Shown here: positions 1-10,397 of the stretch, piece after piece
Layout of the letters: every line of letters starts with the position of its first letter
Position numbering within the stretch: the stretch's first letter is position 1
Source of the DNA: Raillietiella orientalis
Taxonomy: Eukaryota
Length of the DNA stretch: 64,000 bases
Direction: 5' to 3'
NCBI GenBank assembly: GCA_036172245.1
Contig: JAYWIR010000004.1
Location: 6,634,001-6,698,000, forward strand
Program-made: the position numbers and the translations under genes
Notes under the pieces: generated by a model
Databases searched by the model: none
Seen by the model: the letters and a program-made list of their open reading frames with translations, nothing else
Told to the model about the DNA's origin: nothing

Positions 1-1140
1 TCTGGAGTGGATTCGGGCGTTTCCATCTTGTCTTGACTGAGTTCCCAACTGGCATCTGTTTCCTCTAAGAGTTTTCCTCGAAAAGCAATCGATGAGCCTT
101 CTTTTGGCAGAAAACGTTCTTCTTCGAGCGCCCTTCCAACTCTCCACGCTGCTTCGAACGTTTCCGGATTTCCCGAGGGACCGCTATGAGCGCATGTCCT
201 ATTTCTTAGAGGAAGAAATTCCTGTGGACCGCTCTACTCATCCACAGAAAGGCCCTTCCTCTGCTCTTCCCCCGCCCAACTGTAGGGGTGGAGGTGATTT
301 TCTCCTTGAAGGAAAGACTTCGCTGAGGAAGCCACCCAACCATTCCACTCGGTGAACGGGTAGCTCGAAGACCGGAGTGAACAGAGAGTGCGTGTACCTG
401 CAACCGACTAATCTGGCACACGTATCTGGCAAGTCTCCTGGAAGAATGCCCAAACTTGCGGAAAATGCTTCAGTTTACCATAAACTCGTGCCTCCATATC
501 GTTCTACTGATCCTTTGTTACCGCTTTCTACCGCATGGTTCACAATTCTGTTTCTTCGGTATTCTGTGACCGGCTTAGGGAATTTTGGCATTATGAAGTT
601 CCAAAACTTTCTAAGAAGAAGGAGAAAATTTATGAGATTCGGTGACCGTTGCTTAGAGAGTTGCTCCAGGCAAGAGCAAGAGGAACCATTCGCGGGAAAC
701 GATCCCTGCCTGCCTGCTTCGAATGAAGCTTGGATTCAGATGGCTGAAAAATTTCTTCTTCCCTTGCCATTTCCTATGATTCTCCGGTTTTACGATGCTG
801 GTATCTTACGATCTTGGTATTCTGTTGCCGTCTGAAGGACTGCCATAGTCGAAGATAACCTACCAAGTTTGCCTGTGTCTGGATTCGGAAATCTTTCTCC
901 AAGCCGTAGAGAAGATAGCCCATCTGCGAGCGAGTCCTTGTCGTCACGAGGCGGGAGTGAGGAAGTTCGCATTCTGATTCGCGAGAGATGAGGAGGAAAA
1001 CATCTGATCGCCTCCGCCGACCTTTGTCATTACACCCTCGTGCCTCCTCTCTCCAGGTAACAGCCCAGAATACCAGCAGGTGCAGGCCTCGGCTGGCGGG
1101 AGCGGAAAAACCAGGCGCCTTCAGAGATCATCGTGAGCTT
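1..1140 (+). pseudogene. Decayed F-box/LRR gene 3' part (FBXO33/FBXO39-like), runs off left edge
   Basis: Fragments in different + frames: YLASLLEECPNLRKM (from 423; LRR 'CPNL' motif), SNEAWIQMAEKF (ORF 377..835), EEVRILIRER (~960), VTAQN...RLAG (~1057-1100; cf. recalled FBXO33 VWAHNLIAIARLRG). Family-level match only. Confidence 0.4.
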
Positions 1141-1254
1141 TCCAGGAAGCAGACCGAAAATCTGTTCGTTGTCATCGGGACCGCGAAGACAGCAGCTTTG
1201 CCACGATTCGGAAATGGGTTCCTTCTCTGCCCTCTATTTTCTCCCTAGCTCCTT

Positions 1255-3320
1255 ATTTTTTCAGGCTCACGAAGTGCAACCCCGAGAGAGGCCTCGCTGC
1301 CTGCCGAAAATCGGTCTCTTGTCGGAGAATCGCTGTCACTGCCGTCATCACGCGAGCATCGGGTGCCGAAAGAGGCGATTCTTTAATGGCGTCTCTACCT
1401 ACCTTCAACAGGTGACAGAGAGCGGATGTCATTTCCACGTGCTTGCTGGCAGCTTGGAGTGTCTGCGGACGCCGGTGAGGCGCAATTTCTCCAGTGGGAA
1501 CCTACGATGTGCTGCTTTACTCGCGAGGCAAGCCAAAAAATGGCGAAAATTTTGCATTTTCCTCAAACTGATTGTGGTCTCAGTGGTGCGGCTGCTGTTT
1601 CCACTGCCATCGAAAAGTCACTATCATTTTTTACATATCTTTTGGTCTTCGTAACAACAGATGAACTTCTGTCTGATCGTTCGGAAAAACAGTCACACCG
1701 AAGCCGCGAGCCACGATCCATAGACGCTATCATCAACTGCTTGCAGACCTCAGTTCGACTGAGGAAGTGGCACGTGTGCCCTTATCTCTGAAGACAATCT
1801 GGAAGACATTCCGACGGATGCACACGGCATATGACAAATCGAGCCGTTCATACCCCAGGAAACCAAGCCACAAGACCTCGCCGTCTAGTTTTGCTGAAGC
1901 CGGGGAGTCTGATTTCTTAGTAATGAACCACTCCTTGACCACCGTGCAGAGAATGCTCTACAAAAAATTACCGCGCTTCATTCGGAAACGAAGTCAGACA
2001 GCTGAAAAGGAATAACAGATGGAAACAAGTGAATGGAAGGATAGACTCCGATCTCAATTCGTCTCTTCGCGAACCCGAAAAGTCAAATTTGTAATGCAGA
2101 AAAATAAGCTGACATTTCTGGTTAAAAAAGCAGTTCTGTAGAGATGTGTGAGCTACGAAAAAACAGAGGTGTAGGAATGTTTGCTGAAGTGAGGACTGGC
2201 GTTTCTCCAGACTGGAAATCCACTTAAAAATCAGAGGCGATCAAAAGTTCATTCCCGAGTGACCATAAATTGCCGTGAAGGGTGCATAAAAAGCAAATCT
2301 GCATCCGTTTTCTTAGGGAGTTCGCAAAGGCCTCTCACGTTGCTGCCTCGAAATGCGCTTGACACGTTTCTCCTGTTGCTCTGTCTTCAAGACCAACCTA
2401 GCGAGAAGAAGCAATCGGTTCCCCGGGTCGTTTGGAGCAAAGAGCAACAAGTCGAGAACAGACATCCCCGTGCGTTGTTGTCCTTGCTCGAATTGGACGA
2501 ATCAGACGGTGACGTGAAAACGGTTTTCCTGTTCCTGCGCCTCCCGAAATTCGATTCCGATCCGGGTGCATCTCAAGACCATTCCCTTTTCCGATGAAAG
2601 GAAAATGGAACGGATTTTCCGTTCCATTTTTTCGGAGGTCACAAAGCCCCTTCCTCTTCATTTAAGGAATGTTGCGCGTGAGTTTTGATCGACTGCTTCT
2701 CTTTCAAGTGACTTCACTCTCGTGACACGCAAGTGTACAAACGGCTCTCAGTTTTCTGGAAGACATCCTAGAAGTCTCCAGCCGCTAAGTGTCTCACATC
2801 TTCTCTCACCCGATTTTTAGACGCCAACGAAGCTTCTAATTGGAGCCCTCAGCTTCGTTCTGAACTTCTGGCAACAGGAAGAAACACCACAGGGGCAAGG
2901 TGGGGAAGATATCAAGGGAATGCTTGCTTCAGACAAGAGTTCTTGAGCAGTGGCGGCAGCAGTGTGCGGACCGGGATTGTCGTATCCACCCTCCGTATCC
3001 TTCCTTCCTTCAAGCAGCTTGCAGCGGATCCCTCAATTGGATCCAGAAACCTATTTATGAAGGACCTGGTCAAACGTTTGACCATTCGCTGCAAATTCAT
3101 AACGAGTAGCCTCCCTGAATGTCATTTTTGTTTTTTGTTTTAAAAAAAACTCCTACCCTTTCAGCACGTGCAAGATCACTTACTTTCAGAAGCCTACAAA
3201 CCTCACTAGCTCTTACCTTCAACAAAAAAAGCATTCCCACAACTTTGCGGTTTTGCTTCTGTATTTGCGTTGCTGCAGCAAAAGGTAGGATTTCAGGAGA
3301 AAGGATGGGGCAGCTCAACC
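1255..3320 (-). pseudogene. SKP2: Decayed SKP2 (F-box/LRR substrate receptor)
   Basis: Collinear motifs vs recalled human SKP2: ILSPEIL...LLKVRASEVCR (ORF 3097..3318; SLPDELL...LLKVSGVCK), RLTRSFIN (ORF 2912..3100; RCPRSFMD), RLDLSYAVCIRRNVFQIVF (ORF 1733..1942; HLDLSDSVMLKNDCFQEFF), FRQAARPLSG (ORF 1253..1438; FTTIARPTIG). Frameshifts and stops between blocks. Confidence 0.8.
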
Positions 3321-3699
3321 ATCTTGCCGGCCTGTTTTCTGTGGATTACAGCTGTTTAGAGGACAAAAAAAAGATGATAATTGGATGATTTTTCGTTCTA
3401 AAGAGTTTTCATTCCTGCTTAATGGAGCTCAGAGCCATTTCAGTGCGCCCTACTTACAGCCAGTGTTCACATCTTGTGCTTCGAATTCCCTGTGTCTTCG
3501 GTAGCCTCCTCTCCATCCAGTGCATGAGCGAATGCTCTGCCACATGGATGTGAGGACAGCATAAAGGATGCGCTAGCAAAGGAAATTCCGCAGAGATGGA
3601 TGGAAGAGGAGACCTCAGCAGAGGATCGTATCGGCTACATGGAGGGTGAGCAGAGGGTGACCAGAAAGCCAGATGCAGGAAAGCAGCGTTTCCCGGACA

Positions 3700-5780
3700 G
3701 CAGAACTCGTTTCGCTTTGGAGTGATTCGATCGGCAAGCATGAAAGCCAGCGAAATGGCCGGCAACTTGAGCAGTGGAAACAATGGTCAGAGTTTTTCTG
3801 GTTTCCTTTTGCGCGCAACTGCAGCCCAAACTGATTTCTCGGACCAGGTAAGAAATCGGGGAAGGAAAGGGGGAAAAGGTGTGAGGAAAAACAAGAGATG
3901 GCCAGAGCTAGTGGAAAGATAGTCGGGTGGTGGTAAGATAAAAGATTGTGACTCTTGATAGCAGAGCTGCCATGATTCGTGGGTTCCGCATGCGCGTAGA
4001 AAGAAATCACAGGCAGACAGAGACCTGCGGGATTGGGAGTTCAGAGATCACGGACTCCAAGTGAGACGCCGGGACGCGGAGTCAAACATCGGAATCAGAC
4101 GGACTCTTTTCCATCAAGCGGGAGGAAAATTCTTTCCAAGTGCTTCGAAATATTTTTTTTCCTTCATTGCATGGCTTAGAGTCTCCAAGCAGGTCTTGGA
4201 AAGTCAGACATCCCGCCGCATGTCCAGGTCTAAAGCTTTTCCGTCCTTGCCACCTGGCGATGCGCCGCTTTTCGACCGCATCCCATTTTGCCATGAGGGA
4301 CTTCATTAGGGAGCAAAGCCGAAGCACTAGCTTCGAGACCCCAGAGACGAATCGTGAGAGGCTTCACTGCAAAGCACTTCTTCGCCTGCCCGATTCTGTA
4401 CAGGGACCAGGATTCCGTAAGGAGAACTGCCCAAGAAGAAACACCGAGAAAGCGATCCTGGGAGAGCTGCTTGGAGGAGAGAGTGGCTGCTCCAGAGTAC
4501 ACTTGTGCTCCTGACATGCTTCTCCGCTGGGGTTGGGGTGGGGGGCGATAAGAGACGGGTGATGGCGAAAAGCATCGCCGAAGGTCTGACAAGGTCAGTA
4601 GCGATCGGGAATTGCAGAATCTTCGCAGCAGGGATACTCCAGACACTCCGCAGGACCTCACATGAAGAGGTGGTGCTGGAATAACTAAGGTGGCCTTCCG
4701 AGAACGGGACATGAGAATAGAGACGCGTGGTCGCGTCACTTTGCTAGCAGATGAGACCAGCTGCTTGTGAGCTGCTGCAAATTATCTTTTGGTACGTGGA
4801 CAGACCCTGACGAAGTAGGGAAAACCGTTCTGTGCATGCGTTGGGGGTTCCCGGTCTTCTCGCTTTGTCCGGAGATCTGCTGGGGGCTCTTCCCGCCGTC
4901 CAGCGACGACTAGATTCCGGAAGTAGCACCAAACGGCCTCTTCCATCTCTCCACTACCCGCCTCGTTCTGTCCTGTCCCTAGGTAATCGCATCCTGCAGA
5001 AGGTTGCCTCTTTCGTCGCGGGAAAAGAGGGAGTGCCATCACACATGCACATCTGCCATGTGACTTTCTCGCTGGAGGTTAGCGCGGCCCTCCTTCCTAC
5101 TCTTCCAACGCCCCTCCAGTGCAACAGGAAGCCCCGTGCCGTCCGTGGAGCACGCGGAAAACTCGGCGACCTATCTCCTTGTACGGATCCGACCCGACTG
5201 GGTGCTCCGAGCAAAGGGCGAGTCGTCGTAGAGGGCGTCAACGCTGCGGAGGATTCAAGGCAGCGCAAGGAGAGAGACGAGGACCGGCTCTCCACTCCGC
5301 CTCCAAGGGAGCACCAGAGTCGGCACGAGCGCTCGTTTCCGCGGTGTCCTCAGAAGTCTGCAACCCGAAGAACGACGAGGCGCCGGCGGAGTTGGAGATC
5401 CATTCTCTCCGGGTGGGCCACCTCGAGGACGAGGTGGATCTGAGCATCCCTCGAGTGGAAGCATCAGTCGAGCAGCCGGTCGTGATGAGCGACCTCATCC
5501 TCGAGAGCCACACCCCCACCCTGAGAGTTTCTCATCCCGGACTTCCAGGTCGTAGATTCAAAATAAATTTAAGATGGCGGTCTGGAGCATGCCGTCCCGA
5601 AACGGAAGGAACCAAACCTCATTGGGGACAGAACTGTGGAGAGAGAAGGAGGAAGCTGGTGGAGTAATGAATAAATGGAAGGGTGGGATGAGTCGGCCCT
5701 GCGATGTTGGGCAGGGAAGGCAGGCCAGGGGTGAATGGGATGCCGCCGCTGGTCCTGACGTTCCACGTGAGTCACATCCC
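3700..5780 (+). pseudogene. PRC1: Decayed PRC1/MAP65/Ase1-family gene, copy A
   Basis: ELVSLWSDSIGKHESQR (3703-; HLREIWELIGIPEDQR), SACA*KEIT (SVCQKELNT), DTPDTP (4633-; HTPDTS), DETSCL*AAAN (4750-; DEDAFCLSLEN), ELEIHSLR...SHTPTLRVSHPG (ORF 5119..5667; DAEIVRLK...ASDPNRFTNRG), all in the correct order. Donor GTAAGA at 3848. Confidence 0.65.
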
Positions 5781-6459
5781 AATAGGGCCATTTCACCCGG
5801 GCTTTCGTGGGCGCGACGAAAGACCGCCTCGGATGGCGGCCGCACACTTCACTTTGGAGGTCTTTGTCGCCCGTGGTGGTGGAAGGTGGCCAGCGAGGAG
5901 GTGACTGTTAAGCTGGAACGTGCCTCCGTGCTCCAGCATGTTCTGGAGGACATCATCTGGTGCTCCCATAACGCGCATGCATCCCTGCTGCAGATCGGTG
6001 AGCTTCAAAAGCCATGTGCAAAAAAGTTCCACTCTTTCTTGAGTGGGTGCATCGCTTCTCGAGAGTCCTCGTTTGGAGAGAGTTCTCTGTGACCTGAGCA
6101 AAGCAAGACTGGCGGTGTGCTGGTACACAAGGAGAAGGACAGAGGCGCCTGCCAGGAAGCCGGGGATCGAGAGGTTTCTAGATGGAATCTCAAGAAATCC
6201 CTCCGAGGACCCAGATGGAGAGGCTGTGGAGGTGATGGTGGAAAATCCTCCTTGGTCAACATATCACCATAAAAAAACCAGCTGTGGATAATAAAAGGAG
6301 GGAGGAGGGACTTCCAAGGCGCGCCTCCCCTTCCTCCCTCCCGCTTACTTTTTTTTTGGGTTCGCCGAGTACCTCAAGAACCGTCGCACCCCTGGAGGAG
6401 GCTCACCCAGCTCTTTCACACTGTTCCACGCCACCTGAGAATGTATGTAATTCTTCAAG

Positions 6460-6810
6460 ATAGGGGGTACCCCGGGAAGGGTCCGCCCTATGAATCCAGG
6501 AAGGGCTCGGAGTCCGTTCCTCTCGCTCATTGGGAGAGATCCCTGAAAGGAACCTCCACCCTGGTTGTCTTTAAAGAGGAACCCCGAAGGGAAAGCCCCT
6601 CTTCCTTATTCTCTCCAGAGGGACTTCTGGAGGAGTCCGCTCCATTTTTCTTCTCCGAAGGGAACCGGAAAGGATCCGCTAGTAGGGATTTCTTCTCCGG
6701 AGGGTACCCGCAAGGGAACCTCTCCTGTTTACTCCTCCTCTGAAGAGAACCCCCTCCCTCCTCCGAAGGGACGCTTCCGAAATTCAGAAGGGCACTGCTT
6801 CCCCGAAGGT
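6460..6810. repeat. Degenerate minisatellite with a (CT)CCGAAGGG-like core, ~40 bp spacing in its centre
   Basis: Related units near 6609, 6648, 6689, 6730 and 6757, e.g. ttcttctccgaagggaacc / ttcttctccggagggtacc / cctcctccgaagggacgc. Confidence 0.55.
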
Positions 6811-7948
6811 CTCGCTCGCTTCTTTGCACTCTCTCGCTTGCTTTCTTTGCCCGCTTGGTCGGCAAGGAAGTCGGATGGGGAGCGGGGAGCCGAGAGCGCG
6901 CAAAAGCTGAGAAAGTTCATAGTGGATCACCTCTGATTCGGAGGGTCTCTTTCGTGCCCTCTGCGCAGAAGCTCCGTCCCCCCCGGTGAGCAGCTCTAGG
7001 TGGAAGCAAAAGAGACCGGAAAGAAGGATCTTCCAGTTGCGCCTTCTGCCCACCCTCTTCCTCCTTTCGGATTCCTGGAATGCTGCAGCGCCAAAGTTCA
7101 AAGTGGATGTTCACTGCCAAGGGAACTGCCGCCTCCGGGTGATGGCGACGCTTCGCTGATTTGGGCCGGTTCAACTCGATAGCCCGCCAAGTAGGTGGGG
7201 AATTCGACAGGCACCCCTGGCACCGGGCAGACGGAGGTATTCCGCCGTGCACACGAGTACGAGCGAGGCCCTCAGCTGGGTGACCCTTTCTGGATGGCAC
7301 TTCTTTCCTGTTTTACCACCGAGCCATCCGAAAGCAAAAAAGGATGCAATCGAATAGAAAGGAGTCCTCTAACCGAGGAGGAGGAGAGCCGATTTGCGCA
7401 CGCCTCCGTGGATTAATGGATGAGTGAGTTCTGTTGAAGAAGCCGACTCCTCTTGGGGTCCAAACCGTCATCAGCCATCAATGCGTTCTGGAAGGGTCTG
7501 TTATGTGCTACGTGACTTACAGCAACAAGTCGGACGGAGATGCGCTCTTCAGCCCGAGAGTCCGCCATTACGATTGCCAGAATTGTATCTTGCAAAAAAA
7601 AAAAAAAAAAAGGACGGAAGCCAATTAGAGCCATGTACTTGGGAAGTCACGATTCCATTTCGAGTTTCTATAATTGATGGCAACAAAAAGCAACTGCTCT
7701 GCATTTCTGGAAAAGAACCATTTTTCGGGCTGTCTTTTCTCAACCCCCTGTCCGTGGGGTGCGCGGGGGGAACGGCAGCCAGGAGTGTACTCAGATTTGC
7801 ATTGAGGCAAAGGAAGACCACTGAGTAAGATGCAGCGGCTTCCCAGGAGTCAATGGGAACCCGCGATTGGCTGCCGATGGCCGTTGCTTCTGTTCCTGTG
7901 TGCCGTACGAAGGAATCCTCGCGTGTGTGCGTTTTCATCGCTTTCCAG

Positions 7949-8023
7949 GATAGGGGGGGGGGAGAGATAGGGGGGGAGGAGAGAGATAGGGGGGGAGGAG
8001 AGAGATAGGGGGGGAGGAGAGAG
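7949..8023. repeat. G-rich 19-bp tandem repeat (GAGAGATAGGGGGGGAGGA x3 plus partial copies)
   Basis: Exact units at 7962-7980, 7981-7999 and 8000-8018; four G-runs of 7-10 nt. Confidence 0.95.
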
Positions 8024-10357
8024 TGGACGACAGCCGGTGACAGGCATGTGTGCACACACGTGTCGCGGATCCGTGAACGCGTGCCTGGATGAGCGCCACC
8101 CACGTGCGATATCATGTTGCGATCTGCATCTTGCACGAACGTATCTATGCGCGCGCGCGCGCCCACGTGAACGTTCGCGCGAGTGTGCTCGAGCATGCAC
8201 GCAGCGAATCAAGGCAGCCCAGCACCCAAGCCAGGTACTCGATCGTGCACGAGGCTCACAACCGCCCGCAGCGATCTCCCTACTTTCCCGCTTGAACTTT
8301 CCTCCCAGATGTTTGTTTTCTGTTGGTCAACCCACGTCGCGATGCGGAAAAGTGTCTGCCGCGGTCGGCGGCAAACGGCGGGAGCACGACGAGCGGCAAC
8401 AGCTGATCAACACTCCAGGCCCTGCCTCCTCGCGTGCAGACTCATCATCGGTTGTCATAGCAAAAGCCAAATGTTTCCTAGAACGAAACTTTCCCCGGCG
8501 AGAGATTCCAATCAAACATCACCGTTCGCCGAAGGTGAAAGATTTCCGTCAAAAACCACTTCGTTATATTTAGAATTTTCCAGGAGGTTTCAAAATTTTT
8601 TTTTTTTTAAATAAAAAAGGGGGAACAAAAAAGCGGAAAAAAGTAAAAGCCTATAAAAACTTTGGATTCCGTCATTTGTGGCGTGCCATTGTGCTCCGAC
8701 CTACAGCCGGAATTTGACTCAGGTCTCATTAATGCACCAGATAAAAACGGTGATCTTGAATTTCGATGGATCAGAACGTATAATGAATTACGTACAGCGT
8801 GTGGACACTCAATATTCTCAGTGCATTCGGCTCAGTGCATCGGTAGCATTTTTTATCGGGTGCTTCGAAAATTCCTCGATCACATCGCATTGGTGATTCC
8901 ACCGCATCAGTGATATCTTTCAATCATTTGAGATGTAAATTCTTGGAACTTCCGAATCGGAAACCCTAATTATTTTCGGTTGCTGGACAACAGAGACAAG
9001 CCTGACATCAGAATGAAACTTTTGCTGAACGTGAGTAAATAAATATGGATTTTCCAAATGTGAAAGAGAGTGAAGGATGCCAGAATGATCTCGTGGAAAG
9101 ATATACGATCTTCTTTCTTTCTATTTAGAATTCTTCCTTCCCCCTCCCCCTCCTAAACGAGTGAGTGAGCATGTGTATGGCTTTGTGTGCCTATTCGTGG
9201 GCATTTGCAACGGCACGAAGTGGGAAGATTCCGTTCCTTTGCCGGACGCTTGGGATTCTTACGAACATGTTTTCTGTAACACCGGGACGGCAATGCCGTC
9301 GACTCCGTGGTTCATGACCACGTTTTCTCGCCACCGTTTTCCTTTCGGCGGCGCCTGCGTGGATTTCCTTTCATAGGGAAGGCGAAAACTTTTCTTCCAG
9401 CTCTCCTATCTGTATCATCTGCTGTTAGGCAACAACGCGCAGTCTGCACTGAAGGCTGCGCGATAGGTTACGACAGTCCGACCGTGAGATAACGAAATTT
9501 CAAGGAAAGCGAAAGTACTCTCGAAGGAAATAGGAACAGATTTCCATATACTCTCATTGTTTCTTTCCTGCTCCCATTCAGAATCGTATGCTGCGCTGCT
9601 GCGCGTTGGCACCCACGACTTCCCCTCCTCCCTTTCACCTCTGGGTTTTTCCCACCCCCTTTGGCTCTGTGGCGTTGAGCCAAACCTCCAGTAGGAGGGA
9701 ACCAGCTGCCCCAGAAATTCCACAGCTGTAATCCTGTTGATGCAGCATCACGCGACTCGTAATCCCATGGGTGCTTCTGCAGCCTAACACAAGCCGGACC
9801 TGAGTCACAAAGGTTATCTGGGTCGATCACACCAATTGCTTCACGAGTATCCGTGCAAACAGACACGGCAGTCTTTCAGACCTGCCAATGTAAAATTTAT
9901 TGAGGTCGAAACGTAAATCTCTCTGCTCATTGATTTCACAAATCATGGCGTGCACAGAGCTGTGCTGCTCGCTCTCCCCTGGATAATAACAGCGAAAATG
10001 ACCAGACGGCTGCCATTCTTAAGAAACAGTCCGACGGTTCCATGTGATGGAGAGAGCAACCCACCAGCTTCCTTTCCACCTTCGTTCCGTTTGTCCCTGT
10101 AAGTGTAACGAGGGCGGGTCTTGCCTCTGAGATGCGATGCTTCGAATCACTCATATGCGTTTCGTACCGTTACCTGGGTGAATGAGTTCTCAGAGTTCTT
10201 GCATGGTGCGGTCCTCGCACAGTTTCCGTAATGGGGGAACTGATCCTCGAGGGTAAAAGGTTTCTTCAACTCGACGCAAGCCGTCACCCTGAAAGAATCA
10301 GGGATGTATTTTTCGAGTCTCATCTCGTCATGCACACCCAACCTACAGAAACAGCTC

Positions 10358-10397
10358 CTTCAGGGATGCACCCTCTCGGGAGGGTGCATCCCTGAAG
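10358..10397. repeat. Perfect 18-bp inverted repeat with a 4-nt loop
   Basis: CTTCAGGGATGCACCCTC-TCGG-GAGGGTGCATCCCTGAAG read directly from the sequence. Confidence 0.95.

Noticed and set aside
6290..6358. AATAAA + purine/pyrimidine hairpin + T-run resembling a terminator or LINE end
   Set aside because: Low-complexity pairing; the right arm is the antisense of the GCN2 AGGR codons; no similarity to the LINE terminal motif.
7090..7700. Cyclin T/K-like fragments on + (SSKWMFT, LYLAK)
   Set aside because: The opposite strand carries ordered GCN2 HisRS-like motifs (FARY, LDPK..LL, LWRCSIP) continuous with the flanks.
8284..8291. E2F site TTTCCCGC suggesting a cell-cycle promoter
   Set aside because: Lies inside the GCN2 pseudogene body with no gene start nearby; a single 8-mer is expected by chance.
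8662..9376. HAD-hydrolase-like IKTVILNFDG and a putative MKLLLN first exon on +
   Set aside because: Antisense to the GCN2 kinase core (IYI/QM, LIHRN).
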